DNA of 37,826 nt from a virus. Its lineage: Duplodnaviria; Caudoviricetes. The notes under the pieces are model-generated. The model searched no databases and had not been told where the DNA came from. It saw only the letters and a list, made by a program, of their open reading frames with translations. Positions 26,775-35,245 of this stretch are shown in pieces. The stretch spans positions 1 through 37,826 of the IMG/VR virus record IMGVR_UViG_3300031965_000362; one strand, given 5' to 3'. Made by a program: the position numbers and the translations under genes. Numbering within the stretch: the stretch's first letter is position 1; every line of letters starts with the position of its first letter.

Positions 26775-27027
26775 TTTGTATCTCCTCTTGACGTTTGTTC
26801 CAGAGCAACTTCAACTTGCGGATGAGCCCATCAGCTTTCTTCGGTGGGCACACCAGCAGTTGGTCCACTAGCCGTCGGATTGCCGACTCCGTTTCCTTGC
26901 TCCCCTCCAACTTCATCATCTTCCTCCGGGTGTTCCAGGTCTTGATCCTCCGTGGGCCAAAGATGGACTCGAAGTTCTCGTTGAACTTCTTCTTGTCTAC
27001 CGGCCTATAGTGGTCCCCCTTACCCAT
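26608..27027 (-). CDS. Hypothetical protein
   Basis: ATG 27027 (MGKGDHYRPVDKKKFNENFESIF) with SD GAGGTG. 3' end overlaps the next ORF. Confidence 0.5.
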   Translation of the reverse strand: MGKGDHYRPVDKKKFNENFESIFGPRRIKTWNTRRKMMKLEGSKETESAIRRLVDQLLVCPPKKADGLIRKLKLLWNKRQEEIQNGNQAESPGGRTTTDYSPTTGGGPADAEVSGDSGDPGGQDSGSSNTGSGASVEVD

Positions 27028-27433
27028 CTTCCCACCTCTTTTCAAGGTTCTCGCGGTAGGCTTCGACCATAGTGTCCATGGCATTACGCTTTATTACTTC
27101 TTCACCATGCGGATCAGTCGCCGCCGCAGTGTCCGCCGAACCAGTATCTTTCCCCAGATGACCCCCATCCACCAATTCAGGAACCCCATCAGGAGAAACA
27201 ACCCCGGATTCGTCGTCATCACTGTCCACCATTCTTGAATCATCTTCACTTCCTCCAAACGCATAAAATGCCCACGGGTCCGTCTTCAAGAAGAACAAGC
27301 GGTAAGTACACGGTTGTCTCTTCTCATTCCTATTTAGACACTTTAAGACCAAACCGTTGTCCGAGCATGACGCGTAGTCGATGCTCATTAGACGCCCACA
27401 CTTGTCGCACCAATACATGCCATTGTATGCCAT
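27020..27433 (-). CDS. Hypothetical Zn-ribbon protein
   Basis: CDKC...C.N......C pattern; SD GAGGGG. Confidence 0.5.
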   Translation of the reverse strand: MAYNGMYWCDKCGRLMSIDYASCSDNGLVLKCLNRNEKRQPCTYRLFFLKTDPWAFYAFGGSEDDSRMVDSDDDESGVVSPDGVPELVDGGHLGKDTGSADTAAATDPHGEEVIKRNAMDTMVEAYRENLEKRWEDG

Positions 27434-27448
27434 TGTGTTTCCCCTCTG

Positions 27449-27712
27449 TTACTCAAACATCTGTCTAAGCATATCATCACGCTGCTTGTTCATCTTGGCC
27501 TCTTGATCCGACCACGGGGCTTCGGGTTCGACATCGTTTACTGGGCCAAGCTGGGGCTCTATCTCCTCTTCATCGTAGTCCTTGCAGGGACACCTGTCAG
27601 ACCCATTCCCAATGTAACCCCGCCGGTGGCCGGTATCGTCACACCAGGGACACCTGGAGTCTTTCTTCGCCAATTTTCGTTTGATCTCCCTGATAGTGCT
27701 TTCCCAGGACAT
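27449..27712 (-). CDS. Hypothetical Zn-finger protein
   Basis: CPWCDDTG...RCPC; TAATG coupling to the upstream gene. Confidence 0.55.
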   Translation of the reverse strand: MSWESTIREIKRKLAKKDSRCPWCDDTGHRRGYIGNGSDRCPCKDYDEEEIEPQLGPVNDVEPEAPWSDQEAKMNKQRDDMLRQMFE

Positions 27713-28482
27713 TACTTATTTCCCTTAGTTCGCCATGAGTCTTCCACTCCCTCTGGCCCCACGACGAATCTCTGACGACCTTTATCCACCGCCCGAAAGA
27801 AGTTGACTTGATGGACGGGGCCGACAAAGAGCACCTCAGCCCAGCCGAGTTGCCAATCCAGGACATGCCGGTGGTAGTCCAACTTGTTCCTGTCCGCCAT
27901 GTACCCGACTTCATAGGCATCGTAGGTGCCCGTATGTAAGGTTCTTGGACACGAACCCATGCGGTGGGTGTGTCCCATAATAAGAGAGCCGCCCATTGCG
28001 TCCCCCTTGGCACGTGCCGATGAGCCCGCGTTCTTGCGTAGAAGGTCCCCGTGGCTATACCATAAGCCGCCTATTTTGTACGGCTCCTCGGTTCGGTGCC
28101 ACTTTATGTCAAGGTCCTTGAGCCCCAGTAGTTCAGGTATGGTGAGGTTGCGTAGTGGACCCAGAACCTTCGAGGTGCTCCAAAGAATCTTCCGTAGCCT
28201 ATCCTCATGGTTGCCCTCAGAGTACCGGATGTCCGTACAAGGTTGGAGTTCTCGTATCCGTTCCAGAATCTCACGACCCTGATCAATCTCTGTTTGGATG
28301 TTCTCTTTACGTCGGGGGTTCGTATCAAACCGACTAAGCGTATAGCAGTCCAGGAAGTCACCAATGATGTCAACACCGGCCCATTCGTACTCCTCCAGAT
28401 ATCGGAACCACGATTCCAACAGCCTCTTGTCGTGGAAGGGTATGTGCAAGTCGGACAGAATAAGTCGTGAGTGTCTCTTCAT
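27712..28482 (-). CDS. Calcineurin-like metallophosphoesterase
   Basis: SDLH, GDFLD, GNHE, HG and GHTH motifs all present. Confidence 0.9.
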   Translation of the reverse strand: MKRHSRLILSDLHIPFHDKRLLESWFRYLEEYEWAGVDIIGDFLDCYTLSRFDTNPRRKENIQTEIDQGREILERIRELQPCTDIRYSEGNHEDRLRKILWSTSKVLGPLRNLTIPELLGLKDLDIKWHRTEEPYKIGGLWYSHGDLLRKNAGSSARAKGDAMGGSLIMGHTHRMGSCPRTLHTGTYDAYEVGYMADRNKLDYHRHVLDWQLGWAEVLFVGPVHQVNFFRAVDKGRQRFVVGPEGVEDSWRTKGNK

Positions 28483-28554
28483 GGTTATTTCTTCCGATCA
28501 GAATACCAGTTAATTAAGCAACAAACTACGCACAAAACCACGTAGCAACTGCTG

Positions 28555-28582
28555 ATTATAGCCGCTAAATTGTAAGAGTCAA
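28555..28582 (-). promoter_or_regulatory. sigma70-like promoter upstream of the metallophosphoesterase
   Basis: TTGACT (28582-28577), 16 bp spacer, TATAAT (28560-28555) on the - strand. Confidence 0.6.
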
Positions 28583-31293
28583 CTTTTGTCAAGGTTTTTC
28601 TCCACTACTTCATATCCGAGCGGGAGTTCCCGCCCTAACTCTGAACACAATGACACATAGAATGAGGGCCTGGGAAGAATCTGTTTCATAAGCCGACGGA
28701 CTGCATGGATTTCATACTTCGGACACTCAATGAGGGCCGCATCATAGATGTTGCAGGGCACAACGGCTTTGAGACCTTCCCGGCGGAATGCTGCCCACAA
28801 GTGGTACTGGGCGGACAGCATGATGTCTGCCGCGAGTGCTTGTACGGGGAGATTTACGATTTCGTTCAACTTCCTGTTCTTTGCTCGCCTTCCCCCCAGG
28901 AACAGACGGGATTGCCCAATTAACGGTAGTTCATAGTGGCCCTTCCGTTGTACATGGGCCACTAGACTCTCTTGCCACTGCCGAAGACCCGCATGTCGTG
29001 CCCAGAAGGCCCTATCGATCTCTTCGATACGGTGCAGGTCGAGGTGGATGCCCAGGTCTTTCATGAGGACGGACTGGGCCTTCTCCGCCCCACCACGATA
29101 CAAGGCCCGAAAGTTGAACTTCTTGCCCGCCTGCCGATACTTCGACTTGTAGGCTGGGTCGTTGATGATGTCATCGCCGAACATTAGTTGGGCGGTCTTG
29201 CCGTGTAGGTCTGGGTCCCCTCTATACTCTTCCATCATGGCGGAGTCGCCGGAGAGGAGAGCAGCAACACGTAGTTCAATCTGGGAGTAGTCGAACCACA
29301 CCATCCAACCGTCGGAGAATCTGCCAGTCAGGCACTTCTTAATGGCCGGAGGGAATGTTTGACACGGAGGTCCCTTGGCCACGATGCGGGCCTGCTTGGT
29401 TCCGCCCGTAGACTTGTCCTCGAACTCGCTAGGCACGGGGAACCACTTGGGGTAAGCGAAGCCGTCGAGGAGGACCGTGCCTTTCTGATCGTGCTTCTTG
29501 CCCCCGCCGATGAGGAGGGGGTAGAGGTAGCGGTCCATCATACCCGACACGTCCTGGTAGGCCCCAAACAACTTGAGTTGTTTGTACGTGTCCCAGTCAC
29601 GGTCCATTACGGCCATGAGGGCATTACGGTTGTCGGCACTGAATCGTATTTCGCATTTCTTATCGGTCACTTCGAGGTCAGGGAGACGAATCCCGTTGGC
29701 CACGAGGAAGTCACAGGCCCGATCCATCATTGCCCGCTTCGCCTTCTCGCATCCTACGCCCCGCAGGGGCATGTCGTATAGTTCGCGGGCACACCGCATG
29801 ATCGCGTTCTGGGCACCCTTGTACTTATCGAATAAGGCGGTGAGTTGACTCTTCTCCATACACAGCCCGTCCTCTGACATCCAGACGATAAGCCATAGAA
29901 GCTGACTGTACCATTGCATACAGAGGGGTTGGAGCTTCTTGGTGTCCTTGCCGTAGAACCCCTTAATCTCCGACTCCAACTTTTCCGCAATCCGCAGGGT
30001 AGAGGCGGTGTCCTGGCAATTGTATTGTATTAGCTCCGGCACCCGGTTGTTCTCATATCTCTTGTACTCGCCCTTGTTCTTTCCTTGCCCCTCTCCGTAT
30101 TTCGACACTCGAAACAGGGGGGCCAACGCCTTCAGCGACTTCTCCGGTCGGGACTCATCATGCAGGTAGTTTAGGATCATTAGGTCCATAATAGGCAGGG
30201 GGTCGTCGAGTAGAATTCGGGCTTCCCGGTGGGCGTAGCGGAGGTACATAAGATCGAAGACTATGTTCTGGCCGAGGAGATACTCGAAGCCCTCTTCGTC
30301 CCTACACTTCTTGAGCCAGGCCCACAACCGGCGGCGGTGGCTAACGTCGTCCATGAAGAAGATAGCGTGTCTCATCTCGCCCCTCGAATCACGCCACGTT
30401 AGACCAGTAGTCTGTACAAGGTCCGATGGGTCCACGTGGTCCAGCTTATGGGACTTGCGGGGGTGAAAGTACTGTTGATTCGGGTAGGATTTGACAATGC
30501 CGTATGTTTCAATGTCGAGTGACAACCGCCCAATGGGGTACTTTACCGGGAGGGGGGCCACACTGATCTCTAATTGCTCGTCCAACTCGTAGTCCAACTT
30601 CCCATCGAGATAATCCACCATCATCTGGAGATGTCGCTTGACAGCCAGCCCAGCCGACGGCTCACGCAGCAGGAACGAGGGGTGATAGGTCGAGAAGACG
30701 CGGGTCGGAGCCGGGATCGGGTCCCAACCAAGACCCTGTTCCTCAACTATGTCCAGGGCCATGCCCTCAAACTTCGTTTTCTTGTCCCCCCACTTCAAGA
30801 GGTTGTGCCAATCCGTAAACTCACCTTGTCGATGGAACGCCTGCTTCAACGAGCACCCGAAAAGAGCGGATGCTGCCGGTGCCCCCACTGCAAGGACCAG
30901 AACCTCATTGTATTCCTGCTGGAGTCTAATGACATCAGCAAGTAAGAAGCCGTGGCACGACTTCAACTGTGTTTTGTTCGGAGTTCTGTTCCCTGGTGGG
31001 CGGCACCGTGCAGCATTCCCAAGATAAATGTCAGCCTTGTCTTCCAAGTGGAAGAAGTCCACGTACACTTTACGAAGCATGTTGCCCGACTTCCCCATGA
31101 AGGGCTGATCCTTCAATTCTTCCGTCGCACCGGGAGCCTCGCCAACTATGAGCACGGCTCGCTTGTGTCTCTTCTGGAGGCCATATAGCGTAGTGGGGAT
31201 GCACCTCGTCTTGCACCCCTCATGTAGGTCGCAGAGGGTACAACCCCTGTCTCGTCCCAACTGGACCATGTTAAGAGCAACTTTAACCGTCAT
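28579..31293 (-). CDS. polA: Family A DNA polymerase with 3'-5' exonuclease and N-terminal family-4 uracil-DNA glycosylase domain
   Basis: UDG: CTLC, GEAPG..E....PF.G.SG, CRPPGNRTP, TYHPS. Exonuclease: DIET, N..FD, YNCQD. Polymerase: DYSQIELR, R..GK..NF...Y, IYDA. Start 31293 by ATGA overlap. Confidence 0.92.
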   Translation of the reverse strand: MTVKVALNMVQLGRDRGCTLCDLHEGCKTRCIPTTLYGLQKRHKRAVLIVGEAPGATEELKDQPFMGKSGNMLRKVYVDFFHLEDKADIYLGNAARCRPPGNRTPNKTQLKSCHGFLLADVIRLQQEYNEVLVLAVGAPAASALFGCSLKQAFHRQGEFTDWHNLLKWGDKKTKFEGMALDIVEEQGLGWDPIPAPTRVFSTYHPSFLLREPSAGLAVKRHLQMMVDYLDGKLDYELDEQLEISVAPLPVKYPIGRLSLDIETYGIVKSYPNQQYFHPRKSHKLDHVDPSDLVQTTGLTWRDSRGEMRHAIFFMDDVSHRRRLWAWLKKCRDEEGFEYLLGQNIVFDLMYLRYAHREARILLDDPLPIMDLMILNYLHDESRPEKSLKALAPLFRVSKYGEGQGKNKGEYKRYENNRVPELIQYNCQDTASTLRIAEKLESEIKGFYGKDTKKLQPLCMQWYSQLLWLIVWMSEDGLCMEKSQLTALFDKYKGAQNAIMRCARELYDMPLRGVGCEKAKRAMMDRACDFLVANGIRLPDLEVTDKKCEIRFSADNRNALMAVMDRDWDTYKQLKLFGAYQDVSGMMDRYLYPLLIGGGKKHDQKGTVLLDGFAYPKWFPVPSEFEDKSTGGTKQARIVAKGPPCQTFPPAIKKCLTGRFSDGWMVWFDYSQIELRVAALLSGDSAMMEEYRGDPDLHGKTAQLMFGDDIINDPAYKSKYRQAGKKFNFRALYRGGAEKAQSVLMKDLGIHLDLHRIEEIDRAFWARHAGLRQWQESLVAHVQRKGHYELPLIGQSRLFLGGRRAKNRKLNEIVNLPVQALAADIMLSAQYHLWAAFRREGLKAVVPCNIYDAALIECPKYEIHAVRRLMKQILPRPSFYVSLCSELGRELPLGYEVVEKNLDKS

Positions 31294-31487
31294 AGTCTTC
31301 TCATTCTTGTCCCGGACTGGGACCCACCGCCAGCATACGACCCAGAGAGGGACTTGCTCCACCGCCAGGTTCCGTGCCTGTAATCGGACCCGGAACCAGT
31401 GCAAGACGCAGACCAATTGCCGATTCCCGATCTACCCCAAGCCCAGGACCCGGACCAAATCCGATTCTTTCGTTTCGATACCACCAT
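31290..31487 (-). CDS. Low-complexity Ser/Gly/Trp/Arg-rich peptide (65 aa)
   Basis: Start overlaps the upstream stop (TAATG) and its stop overlaps the polymerase start (ATGA), supporting translation. Confidence 0.65.
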   Translation of the reverse strand: MVVSKRKNRIWSGSWAWGRSGIGNWSASCTGSGSDYRHGTWRWSKSLSGSYAGGGSQSGTRMRRL

Positions 31488-31741
31488 TATTCTTTTCGGA
31501 AGAAGGACTCAATCGAACTTATCATAACGTATGCACTCTTCGTTGGAAGAGCTTGTGCATCCTCATACTCTTTATTAGTCCAGGGGCCTGTCTGATACAC
31601 TATGTGAGGACGACTCAACTTTACACATGTCTCGTTAACGCCCTGTAGTATGCCGTCGTATAGGTACACCCCACATAAGAGAAGAACTCGCTCACCCAGC
31701 AAACTTTCCAATCTGTCTGCAACTTCCTCCGCTGTCTTCAT
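31487..31741 (-). CDS. Small Sm/LSm-like beta-barrel protein
   Basis: LESLLGERVLL....Y.Y.G.L.GVN...V.L....IV resembles the Sm1 motif; YV..SSIESF resembles Sm2. ATG 31741 has SD GAGGA; alternative TTG at 31792. Confidence 0.55.
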   Translation of the reverse strand: MKTAEEVADRLESLLGERVLLLCGVYLYDGILQGVNETCVKLSRPHIVYQTGPWTNKEYEDAQALPTKSAYVMISSIESFFRKE

Positions 31742-31812
31742 ATCTCGGTCCTCGAAAAAACTGTACAAAGAAAGAGCATCCGTGCCCGACAAGTGGGTCC
31801 CTCCTCCTCACG

Positions 31813-32067
31813 TTATACGTCATCCGGCCCGTAGGGTAAAGCCGCTTCCAACTCTTCGCGGAGGTCGCTCAGTGTCTCTAGTCGCCCCCTACCGAGCCGC
31901 AATGCCCTCTCGTAGGCTTCTTGGAAGACTTCCCACACTCTTTCGCATACCCGACGCTCTGCATCCTTGAGATTCCTACCCTCAACATCAAACATTACAG
32001 TCTCCCTGTAAATAGTGGCGACCGGGGGTCCGTCTCGCGGCCCCCGAATCGCCGCTTCTTCGCCCAT
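31813..32067 (-). CDS. Hypothetical protein, first gene of the leftward operon, possibly leaderless
   Basis: ATG 32067 lies 8 nt after the -10 box; no SD present. Confidence 0.5.
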   Translation of the reverse strand: MGEEAAIRGPRDGPPVATIYRETVMFDVEGRNLKDAERRVCERVWEVFQEAYERALRLGRGRLETLSDLREELEAALPYGPDDV

Positions 32068-32074
32068 TATCTTA

Positions 32075-32103
32075 AGTGTAGGATAAAGGCAAACAAAAGT
32101 CAA
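32075..32103 (-). promoter_or_regulatory. Leftward sigma70-like promoter for the replication operon
   Basis: TTGACT (32103-32098), 17 bp spacer, TACACT (32080-32075). Confidence 0.6.
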
Positions 32104-32128
32104 GGCTAAAATAAGAAAAATCTCGTAC

Positions 32129-32157
32129 TTGACAATCGGGTTAAGGGGTGCTATAAT
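32129..32157 (+). promoter_or_regulatory. Rightward consensus sigma70 promoter with extended -10
   Basis: TTGACA (32129-32134), 17 bp spacer, TG-n-TATAAT (32152-32157), with an A-rich UP-like tract upstream. Confidence 0.85.
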
Positions 32158-32161
32158 AATC

Positions 32162-32213
32162 GAATGGGAATGAGTCCGATCGGGGTCAGACGCGAGACGT
32201 TTGGCCCCGGTCG
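32162..32213 (+). promoter_or_regulatory. Motif copy 5 at the predicted +1, followed by a 16-bp leader hairpin
   Basis: GAATGGGAATGAG 32162-32174. CGATCGGGGTCAGACG pairs with CGTTTGGCCCCGGTCG (3 G-U pairs). Confidence 0.75.
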
Positions 32214-32247
32214 CCCCTTTGAGTTTAACCCCCTTTAGGAGCCAATA

Positions 32248-32838
32248 ATGAGCCTTACGCAGTCAACAAAGAGTGGCGTAGCAGCCGACCTGTCCCATGA
32301 TAGTAAGTACAATCTGCCGACGGTGGACCCGAATGGGTTGCTCCATAGTTCAGGTGGGCTGGGGACGACGGGTTCGCTGGCGGATATTCAGGTCGGGACG
32401 GAGTTTGTCCTCCTAGGTCGAGTCGGGATTGATGAGAATAGTCCTGCTGCTTCCACCACGTATACGGTCCAGTTTTTCGATTCGGATGCCCCGTTCAAGT
32501 TTCGCATCAACGAGATTGTGATGACGATGGGGGACATCACGGTGGCCAATTTCACCGATGGGGATGCGGGCAACCTCGACTTCCTGGTAGTTCGGGGAGA
32601 CGGCGACCCCGACGGTGAGACGGAGACGGATGTACTGGCGTCACAGACGTTTGACGATGACATCGAGACGGGTGAGACGATTCGATATCCTCATGCGACG
32701 GTGTTTCTGGATAACGATACAGTCGTGGACGGGGGTAGCTTGAAGGCTCAGCTTATCCTTGATCCCGATGCGTCGGCGGGGGCGACGAATGATGGGGCGT
32801 GGGTGGACTGTTTGATCCGGTGTATGCGAGTTCTGTAA
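32248..32838 (+). CDS. Putative structural/decoration protein (beta-sandwich)
   Basis: Acidic, D/T/G-rich, PFKFRI.EI motif; SD AGGAG. Confidence 0.5.
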   Translation: MSLTQSTKSGVAADLSHDSKYNLPTVDPNGLLHSSGGLGTTGSLADIQVGTEFVLLGRVGIDENSPAASTTYTVQFFDSDAPFKFRINEIVMTMGDITVANFTDGDAGNLDFLVVRGDGDPDGETETDVLASQTFDDDIETGETIRYPHATVFLDNDTVVDGGSLKAQLILDPDASAGATNDGAWVDCLIRCMRVL

Positions 32839-32851
32839 AGGATGGATTGTT

Positions 32852-33307
32852 ATGGCGATTACTGTTAATGCACCGCTAACTACGTCTGGGATGATTGTCG
32901 AGTCCTCGATGGCGTGTGCGGAGTTCGATTGTGCGGATACCGCTACGCCAACCATCGTGCTGATTCCGGCGGAACTCAATAAGAACGGGCTCATCATCAA
33001 GAGAATATGGGCCCTTGTAACCGAGGTGATGGCTGGCAGTTCAGAGGACCAGGGGGTCGTGACGGTTAGTGATGAGAGCGACAACTCTCTAGGGACTTTG
33101 ACCCCCTCTGACGCGGCTGCTGATGCCCTTAATGACCTTGTCCAAGGGTCGTCCAACAGCACGGACGATGCAACGGGGACATTGTTGAGACAGGTGGCGG
33201 CGGGTGAGTTTGTGGACGCGGTGGTTACGACTAATACTTCTGGGGGAACCGCCGCCGGTAAGCTGCTGGTGTGTGTCGAGTACTTCCCGGTTCCAAGTAA
33301 GGATTAA
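32852..33307 (+). CDS. Putative structural/decoration protein (beta-sandwich)
   Basis: I.RIWA.VTE...G, and a TAAGKL.V.VEY C-terminus typical of small capsid-associated jelly-roll proteins. Confidence 0.5.
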   Translation: MAITVNAPLTTSGMIVESSMACAEFDCADTATPTIVLIPAELNKNGLIIKRIWALVTEVMAGSSEDQGVVTVSDESDNSLGTLTPSDAAADALNDLVQGSSNSTDDATGTLLRQVAAGEFVDAVVTTNTSGGTAAGKLLVCVEYFPVPSKD

Positions 33308-33310
33308 GAC

Positions 33311-33841
33311 ATGGCTCTAACAGTTACAGGACAGTCGGGCGGACCAACAAGCCTGAGTGCAAAGGATGATGGGTTTGGGGTAATGACCCAAGACCCGCTG
33401 ACGAATAAGAATCACAGCCCGGATGGACTGACGAATGCCAGTCAGAATACGGCGTTCAATAGTCCGGTAACGATTCTGACTTACTTTTCGGTGAGTAATC
33501 CGAGTGCCGCCAGCCTAGCGGATGAGTCGGCAAGCTTCACGGTGCCCTATAAGCTACGGATTACGAGAGCCAAGGTGAAGTTGCTGGACAATGCTGGTGG
33601 ACGACTGGGACAGGGACTGAACCGTTGTTCGGTCGCTATCACGGGGATTGCGTCCCTCGATATCAGTGACTTGAAGCAGGGGGAGGAGCGAGACATCGAA
33701 CTCCCCAGGGGGACTACACTCTCGGAGTTGGCCGAAGATGCTACGTTGGAAGTTAAGCTCCACGGGTTACTAGGGGAGGCGGAAGCGTCCACTGATGTCC
33801 TGGAGATGATCGTAGAGTTGACATTAATCAGGGTTATTTAA
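33311..33841 (+). CDS. Putative structural/decoration protein (beta-sandwich)
   Basis: PYKLRI motif and RVI end resemble ORF 32248 (PFKFRI, RVL). Confidence 0.5.
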   Translation: MALTVTGQSGGPTSLSAKDDGFGVMTQDPLTNKNHSPDGLTNASQNTAFNSPVTILTYFSVSNPSAASLADESASFTVPYKLRITRAKVKLLDNAGGRLGQGLNRCSVAITGIASLDISDLKQGEERDIELPRGTTLSELAEDATLEVKLHGLLGEAEASTDVLEMIVELTLIRVI

Positions 33842-33854
33842 GTAGGATTTTAAG

Positions 33855-34565
33855 ATGAGTACGGCAGATATTATCGGCAATCGGATTAGTTTAACCAAGG
33901 TATTCGGCGAGCGGGGCAAGCCTGGGATCAATGCGGATATCCTTAGTTCGACCGAAGCAACTCGGATGGTTACGGACCCGGATTTCGAGGTGTTAGGAAC
34001 CAACGGTTCGAGTGATGACGTAACATACAACGCGGAAGGTGGCATCCTCCTCACGACGGACGGAGCGGACGGAGACGGGGTTATTATTCTGCCCCACCTG
34101 GACGCGAATCAGTCGCCCTGGACACGGTTCACATGGGGGACCGATAATGAGACGGAGTGGGAATGCTGGTTCAAGATGGGTGCGGCTGTCACGTCTCGAA
34201 TCGTGTGGGCCGGACTGAAATTGACCAATACTGATGTGATTGGTACGGACGATGATTCCGCCTTTATCCGGTATGAGGATGGAGTGAATGACGAGAAGTG
34301 GCAGAGTAACGTGTCCGTAGCCGATACCGATAACACCGTGGATACGGGAATCGTTGGGGTGGCCGACCAGTTTATGCACGTCCGAATCGTGTTTGATGCA
34401 GCGGAAGTGTGCCACATCTACGTGAACGGGCGGGAAGTGCAAGCTGTCAGCTTTTCCGGCAATTCGGCGGACCTTATCCCGTACGTTGCAACTGAGGCTG
34501 ACGGGGCTGCGGCTGCTTCGACTCTTGTTGTGTTCGGTGAGAAGATTAGTCGAAAAGTGTCGTAA
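33855..34565 (+). CDS. Concanavalin A-like lectin-fold structural protein
   Basis: Beta-rich, with DTG.......H.RI.FD......YVNG pattern. Confidence 0.5.
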   Translation: MSTADIIGNRISLTKVFGERGKPGINADILSSTEATRMVTDPDFEVLGTNGSSDDVTYNAEGGILLTTDGADGDGVIILPHLDANQSPWTRFTWGTDNETEWECWFKMGAAVTSRIVWAGLKLTNTDVIGTDDDSAFIRYEDGVNDEKWQSNVSVADTDNTVDTGIVGVADQFMHVRIVFDAAEVCHIYVNGREVQAVSFSGNSADLIPYVATEADGAAAASTLVVFGEKISRKVS

Positions 34566-34586
34566 TACCGACTGAGAGGACGACTT

Positions 34587-34943
34587 ATGGCCCTTGGAAG
34601 AGCTAGAACGGGAGCGGCTACTGAGCCGACCGTTGAGACAGCGGGCACCGATAATGACTTGACTGCTCCACAGGTGGTCAAGTTTGATACGCCCGCTAAG
34701 CCGGTGTACATTAGTGTGCCTGCGGGGTTTGCGGCATCTATCCGTGTCAAGGTCAATGCGGATGCGGATAACGATTTTGACAACGATAGCGACGATGATG
34801 GACCGGGTTATCATGTTGTCGCAGCGGGTGCCACGAAGGAGCTGAGTGAGCAGGGATGCCTCAGTCTTGAGCGGGTCAGCTTTGTGACGCAAGACTCCGG
34901 GGATGACCTGGATGACGTGTCCATTGTTGGGTGGCCGGGCTAA
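34587..34943 (+). CDS. Small putative structural protein
   Basis: Acidic beta-rich ORF with SD GAGGA. Confidence 0.45.
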   Translation: MALGRARTGAATEPTVETAGTDNDLTAPQVVKFDTPAKPVYISVPAGFAASIRVKVNADADNDFDNDSDDDGPGYHVVAAGATKELSEQGCLSLERVSFVTQDSGDDLDDVSIVGWPG

Positions 34944-35167
34944 TGAAAGACTGGGGTGGCCGATTGCTGGCGACACTGGTGGGATTCGTGTTCTCACTGC
35001 TGCTGTTGATTGCCACCATAGGGGCCTCATCTCCAAGTAGGGCGGAGGTTTCCAAGATGATCTCGTTGGAGTCCCCGTATGTACAGGACCAGAAGCTCCT
35101 ACTCTACCGACTCAAACAGATTGAGGGGAAGCTGGATGAGCTTCTTAGGATGGAGAAGAGTAACTAG
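34943..35167 (+). CDS. Single-TM plus coiled-coil membrane protein (holin-like)
   Basis: TM segment LLATLVGFVFSLLLLIATI, C-terminal RLKQIEGKLDELL; TAATG coupling. Confidence 0.5.
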   Translation: MKDWGGRLLATLVGFVFSLLLLIATIGASSPSRAEVSKMISLESPYVQDQKLLLYRLKQIEGKLDELLRMEKSN

Positions 35168-35195
35168 GTCCAAACCAATTTCAATTTACACCAAT

Positions 35196-35230
35196 AGGCT
35201 ACCTGCCAGACGGACGGGTAGCCTTTTCTT
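35196..35230 (+). terminator. Intrinsic terminator
   Basis: AGGCTACC...GGTAGCCT stem followed by TTTCTT. Confidence 0.65.
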
Positions 35231-35245
35231 ATGGGAGGAACAGGA

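Noticed and set aside
31294-31416. Polymerase start at 31416
   Set aside because: The ATGA overlap at 31290-31293 and the coupled 65-aa peptide explain this region better.
33993-35036. 347-aa antisense ORF
   Set aside because: It shadows three plus-strand genes that have their own SDs or coupled starts.
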